This document shows positions 45,984-55,617 of a stretch of DNA of 64,000 nt, one piece after another. Origin of the DNA: Dehalococcoidia bacterium (GTDB taxonomy: Bacteria > Chloroflexota > Dehalococcoidia > Lucifugimonadales > Australimonadaceae); NCBI GenBank assembly GCA_965248065.1, contig OZ252088.1, positions 1,740,773-1,804,772 of the forward strand. The letters are read 5' to 3'. The first letter of the stretch is position 1. Every line of letters begins with the position of its first letter. Below the pieces are notes generated by a model. That model made no database searches. It was not told the origin of the DNA and worked only from the letters and a program-made list of their open reading frames with translations. The translations under genes and the position numbers were made by a program.

Positions 45984-47657
45984 ATGAGCAACGAGCCGCA
46001 GCCTGTCGAGCAGACGGCCCCCGCCCAGGACCGTGTGCTCGCGTTGGGCATGGACCGGCGGCGGTTCATGGTGAAGGCCGCCGCCCTTGGGCTGACCGCG
46101 ACCGCCATGCCCGCCTTCCTCGCCGCCTGCGCGCAGCTCGACGCGACTGCAACCGCTTCAACCCCCACGCCCGCGAGCACTCCCTTCCCCACGCCAACCC
46201 CGTTCCGTGAGGCAGCCGTTACGCCCTCCCCGACGCCCACGGCGACGCCGGTTTCGCCGACGCCGACCGCCATGTCTGCGCCTACGGCAACGCCGGCGCC
46301 CACGGCAACGCCAACCCCCACGCCCGCGCCCACGGCAACGCCGACGCCTACGGCAACGCCGACCCCCACGCCGACGCCTACTCCAACGCCGCTCCCACCC
46401 TTGCTGGCCGGCGAGGACGCCCGCGTTAGCCACTTGCTATGGCGCGCCGGGTTCGGCGCGTCGCAGGCGGAGCTGGCCCGCTTCCGCGGCATGGGACTGC
46501 AGGCGACGATCGATCACCTCGTCGATTTCGAGTCCGTCGACGACGAGCCGCTGGAAGCCCGCCTGGCCGAGCAGAATCTCGATTTGGAGGGCAAGCTCAA
46601 TCACCTCCAGCGCTGGTGGCTCCAGCGCATGGCGTATACAGAGCGGCCTTTGCAAGAGAAGATCACTCTCTTCTGGCACGGCATCTTGACCAGCTCCTTC
46701 AAGAAGACCGGCGACGGACCGCAGATGCTGCAGCAGAACCAGCTCTTCCGTACGCAGGGCATGGGCCGGTACAGCGACATGCTGAAGGCCGTCTCACGCG
46801 ACCCTGCGATGATGATCTATCTCGACAGCCGCTCCAATAAGAAGGCGGCCCCCAACGAGAACTACTCCCGCGAGCTCATGGAGCTCTTCAGCCTCGGCAT
46901 CGGGCCCTACTCCGAGGACGACGTCCGCGAGTCGGCGAGGGCCTTCACCGGCTGGCAGCTGAAGCGCAAGACCGAGTTCTTCTTCAACGAGCGCCAGCAC
47001 GACTTCGGCGATAAGACCTTCCTTGGGCAGACCGGCGATTTCGACGGCGACGACATCGTCGACATCATCATGGCCAAGCCCGCCGCCGCCGAGTACGTCT
47101 GCACGCGGCTATGGCGGTTCTTCGCATACGACGACCCCGAGCCCGCCGTCATCGCGCGCCTCAGCGCGATCTTCAAGTCCGACGATTTCTACTCCGACCG
47201 CGCCGCCGCCGCATTGGTGAAAGCGCCTGTCGAACTCGCCGCGGGCGCGGTGCGGTCCCTCGAGGTCAGCACCGACTTCGTCCCGCTCGACCCTATCATC
47301 GAGAAAATGGGCCAGGCGCTCTTCGTTCCGCCCAACGTGGCGGGCTGGCCGGGCGGCGTTACGTGGATAAACAGCTCAACCCTCCTCCAACGCGTGAACA
47401 TGGCCAACGCTATCGCGACCGCCCGCCGCGGCCGCATGCGGTTCGATCCCAAACGGCTCGTGGAGGAGCACGCCGCCGCCGGGTCCGAGGGCATCGTCAC
47501 CTTCTTCGGCGACCTGCTGCTCGGCCCCCGGCTGCGCCGGACCGAGCGCCAGCTCCTCGTCTCCTTCCTCGAGGGTCTGGACGACTCATCACTCAACGAG
47601 AAGCTGCGCAGCGTCGCCTTTCTGATGCTCGCGTCGCCGGACTTCCAGCTGGCATGA
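45984..47657 (+). CDS. DUF1800 domain protein with Tat signal and Thr/Pro-rich linker
   Basis: [14 protein letters not shown] is a twin-arginine signal. A long [10 protein letters not shown] linker follows, and [23 protein letters not shown] is DUF1800-like. Confidence 0.75.
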   Translation: MSNEPQPVEQTAPAQDRVLALGMDRRRFMVKAAALGLTATAMPAFLAACAQLDATATASTPTPASTPFPTPTPFREAAVTPSPTPTATPVSPTPTAMSAPTATPAPTATPTPTPAPTATPTPTATPTPTPTPTPTPLPPLLAGEDARVSHLLWRAGFGASQAELARFRGMGLQATIDHLVDFESVDDEPLEARLAEQNLDLEGKLNHLQRWWLQRMAYTERPLQEKITLFWHGILTSSFKKTGDGPQMLQQNQLFRTQGMGRYSDMLKAVSRDPAMMIYLDSRSNKKAAPNENYSRELMELFSLGIGPYSEDDVRESARAFTGWQLKRKTEFFFNERQHDFGDKTFLGQTGDFDGDDIVDIIMAKPAAAEYVCTRLWRFFAYDDPEPAVIARLSAIFKSDDFYSDRAAAALVKAPVELAAGAVRSLEVSTDFVPLDPIIEKMGQALFVPPNVAGWPGGVTWINSSTLLQRVNMANAIATARRGRMRFDPKRLVEEHAAAGSEGIVTFFGDLLLGPRLRRTERQLLVSFLEGLDDSSLNEKLRSVAFLMLASPDFQLA

Positions 47658-47667
47658 GGCTTGCGAC

Positions 47668-48948
47668 GTGTTGATCAGCCGCAGGCAATTCCTCGCAGGG
47701 AGCATCGTCGTCGTGCCGGCGGCCGCGGTGATGCCTGCCGTCTTCAGCCGGGCCGTCGCAGCCTCGATTCACGAGCAACCGTCCTCCGACGCGCCGATGG
47801 GCAACCGGACCCTCGTCATCGTGCAGATGGCCGGCGGCAACGACGGCTTGAATACGATCGTTCCGGCCAACGACTCCGCCTACTACGAGCTGCGGCAGGA
47901 CCTGGCCATCCAACCCGGAGACGTGCTCCCCATCGACGGCCAGGTGGGATTCCATCCCAGCCTCGCCTCATTCAAGGAGCTGTGGGACGAGGGAGTTCTC
48001 GCCGTTGTCGAGGGCGTCGGCTACCCGGACCCGAGCTTCTCGCATTTCGCGGCCATGGACATCTGGCAGACCGCAGACCCCGGCGGACGCGGCTTCGAGG
48101 GCTGGCTCGGCCGCTACCTCGAAGGCATCGCGGCTGAGCAGGCTGACCCTTTCCATTCCCTCGTCGTAGACTCCCGTATGCCGCGCGCGCTTTTCTCACG
48201 CGAGGTGAACGTGCCTCTCGTCGAAAGCGTCGACGCCTACCGGCTCCAGGCCGACCCGCGGAACGCCCATAGCTAGGCGGCCCGCACGGACGCGCTGCTC
48301 CGGCTCTACGCCTCTTCCCCGAACGCCACGCGCTTCGGCGCGCTCTTCGACAACACCCTGCAGGCCGCGGTCCGCAGCTCGGAGGCTGTGCAACGGGCCC
48401 ACGAGCGCTACGCCCCCGCCGTCGATTACGGCGAGTCGCGGCTCGCGCAGGCGCTGCGCGTCATCGCCGAGGCCATCGACGCGGACCTGGGCGTGCGGGT
48501 GGGGCATGTGGGGATAGGCGGGTTCGACACCCACGCGTCGCAGGGGCCGAGGCACGAACTCCTGCTCGCCCAGACGGCCGACTCCATCAGACTCTTCTAC
48601 CGCGACCTCCAAGCCCACGGTCGCAGCCAAGATGTTCTCGTCATGACCTGGTCCGAGTTCGGGAGGCGCGCCACCGGCAACGCCAGCGGCGGCACCGACC
48701 ACGGCGCCGCCGGCCCGATGTTCCTTATCGGCGACCCGGTCGCGGGCGGCCTCTACGGCGAGCGTCCAAGCTTGAGGGACCTGGTGCGGAACAACCTCCG
48801 GTTCACGACCGACTTCCGCCAGGTCTACGCGTCGGCGTTGGAGGACTGGCTGGGCGCCCCTGCCGAGATCGTCCTCGGCGGGCGGTTCGAGCGCCTGTCG
48901 CTCTTCAAGGCGGCCGCCGTCTCGTCGCTGGCCGCTGTCTCGTCGTAG
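47668..48948 (+). pseudogene. DUF1501 domain protein interrupted by one in-frame TAG (48274-48276)
   Basis: Tat signal SRRQFLAG, GGNDGLNT and GGFDTH..TDHG (sulfatase-like) motifs are present. The same frame is open on both sides of a single amber codon. Confidence 0.75.
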
Positions 48949-48953
48949 GAAGG

Positions 48954-50666
48954 CTAGAGCGCCAGGCGCGGCTGGGCCGTCGGCGCGTAGTCCTGGAGGG
49001 TGAGGCGCACTCGCTGCTGGCCGTTCCAGTGGTCGATTTCTATCGTGTAGACGATATCGACATGCTGGGTCCCGTCGAGCCAGTTCTGCCTGAACGCCAC
49101 GATATCCCAGAGCGCTCCCCCTGAGCGGACGGTCAGCCTGAAGTGCTTGCCATCCGCTCCCATCGTCGCCGCCTTCACGACCTCGACGCCGCGCGCCATG
49201 AAGGTGGGGGCCGGGTTGCCCACGCCGTGCGGTTCGAGCTGGCGCAGCGCCTGAAACGTGCGCCCCATCAGCTCGCCCGGCTGCGCCTCCGCGTCCACGA
49301 TGCCCTCACGGAGGGGCTGGGCTTCTCCAAGCTGTTCGGCCGCGATGGTCGTGAGCCGCTCGTTCAGCTCGGGCAGGACGCCCGCGTCGCAGGCGAATCC
49401 CGCCGCCTGGGCGTGACCGCCGTAGCGGATGAGCAGGTCGTCGCACCGGGTGAGCGCGTCGGCCCAATGGAAGCCGGGCGCGCTCCTGCAGCTTGCCATC
49501 ACGCGGTCGCCGTCCATCCCGTACACCGCCGCCGGCGCGCCGAACTGTTCGGCGAGCTTGCCTGCTGCGAGACCCACGACGCCTGGGTTGAAGTCGGCCT
49601 CGCCTACCAGGATGAGCGGCGGGATGGCCGCCGGCACGAGCGCCGTGGCCCGCTCGACGGTCTCCTCCGTCAGCGCCTGCCGCTGCGAGTTGTACGAGTC
49701 GAGCTCCCGCACGAGCTCGGCGGCCCGGGCCTCGTCGTTCGTCAGCAGCAGCTCCAGCGCCGAGTTGGCATGATCGAGACGGCCCGCGGCGTTGATGCGC
49801 GGACCTATGGCGAAGCCGATTGTCTCCGCGCTGACGTGCTGAGGAGCGACCCGCGCCGCGTCCAGCAGGGCGAGCAGCCCCGACGAGCCGGTGCGCCGGA
49901 GGTCGAGGATGCCGCGGTGGACGATGTAGCGGTTCTCGCCGAACAGCGGCGCCATGTCCGTGATCGTGCCTATCGCCGCAAGCTCCATGAGGTCTTTGCC
50001 CCACGCGTCCCCGAACAGGGGCCGCAGGAGGGCCTGAGCGAGTTTGAGAGTCATGCCGACGCCGGTCAGGTGGTCGAACGCGTACCCGGAGTGCGGCGCA
50101 TGGGGGTTGATGATTGCCGACGCATCGGGCAGGCGGGCTGCCGTCAGGTGGTGGTCCGTGATGATGGCGTCGATGCCCAACGAGCGGGCGTACGCGACCT
50201 GTTCGATGTCCGTGACTCCGCAGTCCACCGTCACGATCAGGCTCGCGCCCCGTTCGCGCAGCCGGTCGACCGCGCCGTGGTTGAGGCCGTGGCCCTCGCT
50301 CACTCGGTGGGGGATGTAGTGGAGGACGTTGAGCCCATACCGCCGGAGCGCCTTGACGAGCAGCGCCGTCCCCGTCACGCCGTCCGCGTCGAAGTCGCCG
50401 TACACCGCGACTGTCTCACCGCCGTCGCGGGCCAGTTCGAGGCGCCGGACGGTCTTCTCGATGTCCGGCAGCGTCCCCGGGTCTTCGAAGAGCGACTCGG
50501 CTACGTCGAGGAACTCGCGCGCCTCCTCTGCGCCTCGAACGCCGCGACGCCAAAGAAGGTGGCCGACGACGTAGGGAAGCGGGCCGAGAGGGGAGGGGTC
50601 GGTGGGGTCGGCGACGCGCCAAGAGCGCCGCTGACCGATGAGGGTTGGCTGAGTGTCGGTGGTCAT
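48954..50666 (-). CDS. recJ: Single-stranded-DNA-specific exonuclease RecJ
   Basis: DHH motifs (YGDFDADGVTG, TVDCG, IITDHH) and a DHHA1 domain (GGHAQAAG) are present. Confidence 0.95.
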   Translation of the reverse strand: MTTDTQPTLIGQRRSWRVADPTDPSPLGPLPYVVGHLLWRRGVRGAEEAREFLDVAESLFEDPGTLPDIEKTVRRLELARDGGETVAVYGDFDADGVTGTALLVKALRRYGLNVLHYIPHRVSEGHGLNHGAVDRLRERGASLIVTVDCGVTDIEQVAYARSLGIDAIITDHHLTAARLPDASAIINPHAPHSGYAFDHLTGVGMTLKLAQALLRPLFGDAWGKDLMELAAIGTITDMAPLFGENRYIVHRGILDLRRTGSSGLLALLDAARVAPQHVSAETIGFAIGPRINAAGRLDHANSALELLLTNDEARAAELVRELDSYNSQRQALTEETVERATALVPAAIPPLILVGEADFNPGVVGLAAGKLAEQFGAPAAVYGMDGDRVMASCRSAPGFHWADALTRCDDLLIRYGGHAQAAGFACDAGVLPELNERLTTIAAEQLGEAQPLREGIVDAEAQPGELMGRTFQALRQLEPHGVGNPAPTFMARGVEVVKAATMGADGKHFRLTVRSGGALWDIVAFRQNWLDGTQHVDIVYTIEIDHWNGQQRVRLTLQDYAPTAQPRLAL

Positions 50667-50689
50667 TCGTCGGCACGCATCCTGTCAGG

Positions 50690-51493
50690 CGCGGCGTCGA
50701 ATCAACAAGAGGGGGCACGGCGGGTTTCTGCCGGACATTGCGCCGTGGGTGGAGGAGCAAGAACTTTTTTTCGCAGGCCCCTTCAATTCTTGGAATCCTT
50801 GATTTACGTGGCCGTGATGCGGTCGGCGGGCGACGGGGCAGGGGGCAGAAACTGAAATTCCCCGGACGTTTCTGATCCTGTTTACTAGGCCGTGGTGCGG
50901 TGGAAGGGGGGTTAAGAATCCAAGAACCCACAAATTTCGGCCCCCCCGGTTTTGGGGCCCCCTCTCTAACTCTCCCCCGCAGACGGGGGCTTTGCGTAAC
51001 CCTATTTTCCGGCGGGCGTAACTCTTCCCACCCACCCGCCCGTCATGTTGTGGGGGACACCCCCACGCCCCCCGGCAGAGGGGCGTCGCCCCTCTGCGCT
51101 CCCCGGTATTCCAGACTGGTTCATGGTTCGACAGGCTCATCACGAACCGATTGGGAAAGGGAGAACGATTGGGGAGGGCGGTCCTTGATCGCCCCTACGA
51201 TTATGCAAAGGTCTCGCAGACGGGGGAGAGGTTTAGGGGAGGAGGCAGGGAGGGCGCGCCGACTCTTGCTTGTCGGAGTCCATGGTAGGGATCGGTTGGG
51301 GATGGGGGAAGGGGCAAGTGTCGCCGTGGGGGCTATCGCCGGTAGTCGGGGTTCTTGCCCTCCGCCTCGTCGCGGGCGCTTCACCATCGCCGACAGCAGG
51401 GCTCCCACGCTGAGACCGGAGCCGGCAGAGATGGCGACGAAGAGGATCAGGCCGATGCTGCGGGCAAGGCCGAAACCTTCCTCGTCCATCGCC
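50690..51493 (-). repeat. Composite repeat block R2 (M5 + inverted M2 pair + M3)
   Basis: M5 lies at 50803-50949, M2 at 50954-50999 and (inverted) 51201-51243, and M3 (inverted) at 51271-51325. Confidence 0.8.
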
Positions 51494-52732
51494 CTATTGC
51501 GCCCGCCTGAATATGAGCGATGCGTTGTGTCCGCCGAAGCCAAGGTTGTTGCTCATCGCCGCCTTCACCACGCCCTTCTGAGCATGGTGCGCGGTGTAAT
51601 CGAGGTCGCAGTCCGGGTCCGGGGTCTCCAGGTTGATGGTCGGCGGAATCGCGCTCTGCGAGACCGCCAAAGCCGCGATTGCCGCCTCGACGCCCCCGGC
51701 CGCGCCCAGCAGATGGCCGGTCATCGACTTCGTCGAGCTGATTTTGATCTTGTACGCCTCATCGCCGAAAACGGCCTTCATCGCCTCTGTTTCGAGGCGG
51801 TCGTTCATCGGCGTGCTCGTGCCGTGGGCGTTCACGTAGCTGATGTCGGTCGGCGTCATTTCGGCTTCGGCCAGCGCGGTCCTCATCGCCCGCGCCGCTC
51901 CCTCGCCTCCGGGCGGCGGCTGTGTGACGTGGTAGGCGTCCGAGGACGCGCCGTAGCCCGCCAGCTCAGCGATGGGAGTGATTCCCCGGCGAACGACGCT
52001 CTCCTCGCTCTCGATAACCAGCACCCCGGCGCCCTCGCCCATCACGAAGCCGTCGCGCTCCGCGTCGAAGGGCCGGCTCGCCGCCTGGGGGGCGTCGTTG
52101 CGCTTGGAGAGGGCCATGCACGCGTTGAACCCCGCGACCGCGATGGGACAGATAGGAGCCTCCGTGCCGCCGGCGATGGCGATGTCAATCTCGCCGCGCC
52201 GGATCATCTCCGATGCGATGCCGATGCCGTCCGCGCCGCTGGAACAAGCTGTGACGGTGCAGTAGTTGGGCCCCTTCGCGCCATAGATGATGGACACCTG
52301 GCCTGGCGCCATGTCCGCCAGCATCATCGGCACCAGGAACGGGTTCACCCGGTCGGGGCCCTTCTCGTTCAGCACGGCCCACTGCTCGGACAGGGTGATG
52401 ATTCCGCCGATGCCGCTGCCGATGACTGAACCGACGCGCGTCGCATCGACGCTCCCGTCGCGCAGGTCGAGCTGCGCCTGCTCCAACGCCTGCGCCGTCG
52501 CCGCCACGGCGAACTGCGCGAACCGGTCCAGGCGGCGCGCTTGCTTGCGGTCCACGTACAGCGTCGGGTCGAAGCCGCGCGCCTCGCCCGCGATGGTCGT
52601 CTCGAAGCCCTCGGCGTCGAACGCTCCAATGGAGTCGATGCCCGACTTGCCCTTCAGCAGCGCTTTCCAGGTCGATTTCGTGTCGAGTCCAAGGGGAGTG
52701 ACCGTGCCGATACCGGTGACGTAGACCTTCAA
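51494..52732 (-). CDS. fabF: Beta-ketoacyl-ACP synthase II
   Basis: Active-site TACSSG, the HGTSTP and GHLLGAAG motifs. TTG start follows a GAGGAGG RBS. Confidence 0.95.
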   Translation of the reverse strand: MKVYVTGIGTVTPLGLDTKSTWKALLKGKSGIDSIGAFDAEGFETTIAGEARGFDPTLYVDRKQARRLDRFAQFAVAATAQALEQAQLDLRDGSVDATRVGSVIGSGIGGIITLSEQWAVLNEKGPDRVNPFLVPMMLADMAPGQVSIIYGAKGPNYCTVTACSSGADGIGIASEMIRRGEIDIAIAGGTEAPICPIAVAGFNACMALSKRNDAPQAASRPFDAERDGFVMGEGAGVLVIESEESVVRRGITPIAELAGYGASSDAYHVTQPPPGGEGAARAMRTALAEAEMTPTDISYVNAHGTSTPMNDRLETEAMKAVFGDEAYKIKISSTKSMTGHLLGAAGGVEAAIAALAVSQSAIPPTINLETPDPDCDLDYTAHHAQKGVVKAAMSNNLGFGGHNASLIFRRAQ

Positions 52733-52869
52733 GAGAGCCTCCTCAAAGAGCGCTCTCGTCGCGGGTGAGCGCGCGTCGATTCTAGGCGCGGTCAGCGACC
52801 GCTACAAGCTCGCCGCGGACTGCCCCTTCTCTCTAGCAACGATGAAAGTGGCGGGTGGGGCGCCGATAC

Positions 52870-52903
52870 CTGGATTCCCGCCTGCGCGGGAATGACGGAA
52901 GGG
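52870..52903 (+). repeat. M1 hairpin repeat
   Basis: The sequence is CTGGATTCCCGCCTGCGCGGGAATGACGGAAGGG. Confidence 0.85.
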
Positions 52904-52921
52904 CCAGCGGGAGAGAGCCGC

Positions 52922-54748
52922 TTACGCCAGCAGCTCCTCCTCGTATTCGTCCCGGCGCATCAGCGCGTTGACGTTCCGCGCCGTATGGATGAACCCGATG
53001 TGGCTGAACGCTTGGGGGAAATTGCCCAGCGCCTCGCCCGTCTTCGGGTCGTGCATCTCGGCGAACAGCCCGAGATGGTTCGCCGTCTTGGACACGGTCT
53101 CGAAGTACGCCAGCGCCTCGTCCGTTTCTCCTATCGTGAGGAGGGCGCCGATCAGCCAGAAGGTGAGGATGTAGAAAGCGCCCTCCTCGCCTTCGAGGCC
53201 GTCGTCCGTCTCTTCGACCCGGTACCTCCGCACGAACGGCCCGTCGGCCAGCTCCTCCTGGATGCGGCGGACGGTTGATCGCAGGCGCGGGTCGTCGTAG
53301 GACAGAAAGCCAAGGAATGGGATCAGCAGCGCGCTGGCGTCGACCGCCTCCGAGTCGTACGCCTGGACGAAGCACTGCTTGGTCTCCGACCAGCCCCGCG
53401 CGAATATCTCATCGCGGAGGAGGTCTCGCTCGGCGCGCCAGCGCTCGATATTGCCGTCGAACCCGTGGCCCTCGGCGAGCCTTACAGCCCGGTCCAGCGC
53501 GACCCAACACATGACCTTCGAGTACACGAAGTGCTGCTCCGGCCCGCGCACCTCCCAGATGCCCCGGTCCGGCAGACGCCATGAGCCCGCGGCAAGGTCG
53601 GCCATGCGGGCGAGGAGCCCCCACGCGTTGTCCGAGAGGTTGCCTGTGTATCGGTGGAAGACCGCGAGGGTCAACGCCACCTCGCCGAACACGTCCAGCT
53701 GCCTATGGAAAGCGGCGTCGTTCCCTATCCGCACCGGGGCCGATCCTCGGTACCCTTCCAGATGGTCCAGCGCCGTCTCGGTCAACACGCTCTCCGGAGC
53801 GATGCCGTAGAGGATCTGCATCGAATCGAGCCCGAGCTGGCATTCGTGGACGGTCCATTCCAGGTACGCCTCCCCGTCGTGCGAGTCCCCGATGCGCTGG
53901 AGGATGCCCAGCGTCCAAGCGCTGTCCCGCAGCCACGAGAAGCGGTAGTCCCAGTTCCGCTCGCCCCCCAACGCTTCCGGCAGCGAGGTCGTCGCCGCGG
54001 CGACGACGGCGCCGGTCGGGTCGTAGATGAGCAACCGCAGCGTCAGATACGACCGCGCCACCTCGTCACGGAGATAGCCGTCGTACTGGAGCTTGGTCAC
54101 GCTCGCCCGGTCCCGGCGGACGGCCCGGACCATCTTGTTTCGGCAGTCCATCGCGCCGATGGAGGGGAGACGGCGTAGGTCGTGGACGATGGCGATGTGC
54201 ACGGTGTCGCCTTCGCTGACCGTGAACTCGGCGACCGCCCGCTGGCCTCCGTCCTCAGCGTCCACGATTTCGAACGGCAGGTCGGCGCTCAGCCCGAGGC
54301 GGCCGGTCTCGTGCTCGGCAATCACGCCGGAGCGGACGCGCGTGAGCCTCGTGTCGCCCCGCGCGTAGTCGAGCCGGGGCTGGAACGAGAGGCGCACCGT
54401 CGGCGAGCCGGAGAGGCACATGACGATGCGGATGATCTCGTGGGGTGCTTCCGGGTCGCGAGCCGGGGCGTGGGTCATGAAGTCGGAGACCTGCACGACG
54501 CCCGCCGCGCTCTCATACGTCGTTTCGAGGATGGTCGTATCAGGCACGTACCGCTGCGAGACCGATTGCGCGCCCTCCACGTCGATGGAGCAGCGGCCGC
54601 CCTTGGCGTCGTCCAGCAGGGCCGCGAACACGCTCGGCGAGTCGAAACGCGGGAAGCACGCCCAGTCGATAGACCCCTCGCGGCTGACCAAGGCGCACGA
54701 GTTCATGTCGCCGATGAGTCCGTAGTCGTGGATAGGGATGTATGGCAC
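52922..54748 (-). CDS. Glycoside hydrolase family 15 (glucoamylase/trehalase-like)
   Basis: IHDYGLIGDMNSCALVSREGSIDWACFPRFDSPSVFAALL, and WLRDSAW plus the (alpha/alpha)6 C-terminal part. GTG start at 54748. Confidence 0.85.
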   Translation of the reverse strand: MPYIPIHDYGLIGDMNSCALVSREGSIDWACFPRFDSPSVFAALLDDAKGGRCSIDVEGAQSVSQRYVPDTTILETTYESAAGVVQVSDFMTHAPARDPEAPHEIIRIVMCLSGSPTVRLSFQPRLDYARGDTRLTRVRSGVIAEHETGRLGLSADLPFEIVDAEDGGQRAVAEFTVSEGDTVHIAIVHDLRRLPSIGAMDCRNKMVRAVRRDRASVTKLQYDGYLRDEVARSYLTLRLLIYDPTGAVVAAATTSLPEALGGERNWDYRFSWLRDSAWTLGILQRIGDSHDGEAYLEWTVHECQLGLDSMQILYGIAPESVLTETALDHLEGYRGSAPVRIGNDAAFHRQLDVFGEVALTLAVFHRYTGNLSDNAWGLLARMADLAAGSWRLPDRGIWEVRGPEQHFVYSKVMCWVALDRAVRLAEGHGFDGNIERWRAERDLLRDEIFARGWSETKQCFVQAYDSEAVDASALLIPFLGFLSYDDPRLRSTVRRIQEELADGPFVRRYRVEETDDGLEGEEGAFYILTFWLIGALLTIGETDEALAYFETVSKTANHLGLFAEMHDPKTGEALGNFPQAFSHIGFIHTARNVNALMRRDEYEEELLA

Positions 54749-54780
54749 GAGTCTCGTCCCCTGCGGCTGGGGCCGGGCCG

Positions 54781-55617
54781 CTAGTCGAGCGAGACAGGCC
54801 GGAGGTAGAGCCGTCCCCCCCGGTCCTGTAGATAGCCGGCCTTCTCGTTCACGCCATGGCTGAACACGAGCAGCCAGCCCTCCTGCACCGCCTCGCGAAG
54901 GACCTGGCGCTTCACGAGCAGCGTCTCCTCGGGTTGGCGGTCGCTCGCCGCGATGCACGCGAGCTGAAGGTGGTAGGGCGTCGGCGCCAGGTCCCCCAGG
55001 AACGCGACGCGCTCGCCGCCGTGGGCGATGATGACGATCTGGTGGCCTTGGTACGGCCCGCTCGCCCTGCGCACTTGGAGGCCGGGCACGATGATCTCTT
55101 CGCCGTCCACGAGCTCCAGCTTGTCCTTGTTCTTCAACGGCATGAAGTCGTCGGGCGCGAAGCCGTTGATGCCCCGCTCGGTGGGCGAGACCGCCTCCTC
55201 CAACGCCTCGCGCTGCACGAAGTACGACGCCTTGGGGAACGTCGGCACGAGCTCGCCCCGCCGGTTCACCCGCGTGCACCCCCCGGTGTGCTCGAAGTGC
55301 AGACTCGTCAGCACGACGCCGTTGATGTCTTGCGGTGAAAGGCCGTGGACCCGCAGCTCAGAGAGGAGCTGGCTCGTCGAAAGGCCGTGGGCCTCCTTCT
55401 CGTCGATCGAGTGCTTGACGCCGACGCCGGTGTCGATGAGGTAGTTCTGCTCGCCGATGCGGACGAGCAGGCAGTTCAGCCCGAGCTTGACGCGGTTGCG
55501 CCGGTCGGCGGGCATCCAGTCCTGCCACTGGCTCTTGGGCGCCTGTCCGAACAGGACGCCGCCGTCCATCCTGATGGCCCCATCAGAGACTAGATGAAGT
55601 TCTGTTCTACCGCTCAT
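54781..55617 (-). CDS. MBL-fold metallo-hydrolase
   Basis: CLLVRIGEQNYLIDTG..LTSLHFEHTGG pattern is present. Confidence 0.7.
   Translation of the reverse strand: MSGRTELHLVSDGAIRMDGGVLFGQAPKSQWQDWMPADRRNRVKLGLNCLLVRIGEQNYLIDTGVGVKHSIDEKEAHGLSTSQLLSELRVHGLSPQDINGVVLTSLHFEHTGGCTRVNRRGELVPTFPKASYFVQREALEEAVSPTERGINGFAPDDFMPLKNKDKLELVDGEEIIVPGLQVRRASGPYQGHQIVIIAHGGERVAFLGDLAPTPYHLQLACIAASDRQPEETLLVKRQVLREAVQEGWLLVFSHGVNEKAGYLQDRGGRLYLRPVSLD

Noticed and set aside
46255-46395. Regularly spaced short DNA repeats that could be mistaken for a CRISPR-like array.
   Set aside because: They lie inside an open reading frame and encode a Thr/Pro/Ala linker. The units are contiguous with no unique spacers. 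A similar case occurs at about 63740-63840.
48274-48276. The in-frame TAG as a pyrrolysine or otherwise recoded codon.
   Set aside because: No pyl genes are seen in the window. TAG is used as an ordinary stop by several well-supported genes here, for example at 4529-4531, 10624-10626 and 22723-22725.
32868-51493. Interpreting the inverted repeat pair as the ends of a composite transposon or genomic island.
   Set aside because: No transposase or integrase lies at the borders; the Xer-type recombinase is internal and housekeeping-like. The cargo is core genes (uvrC, recJ, lgt, rpiB, modABC), and no target duplication is evident.
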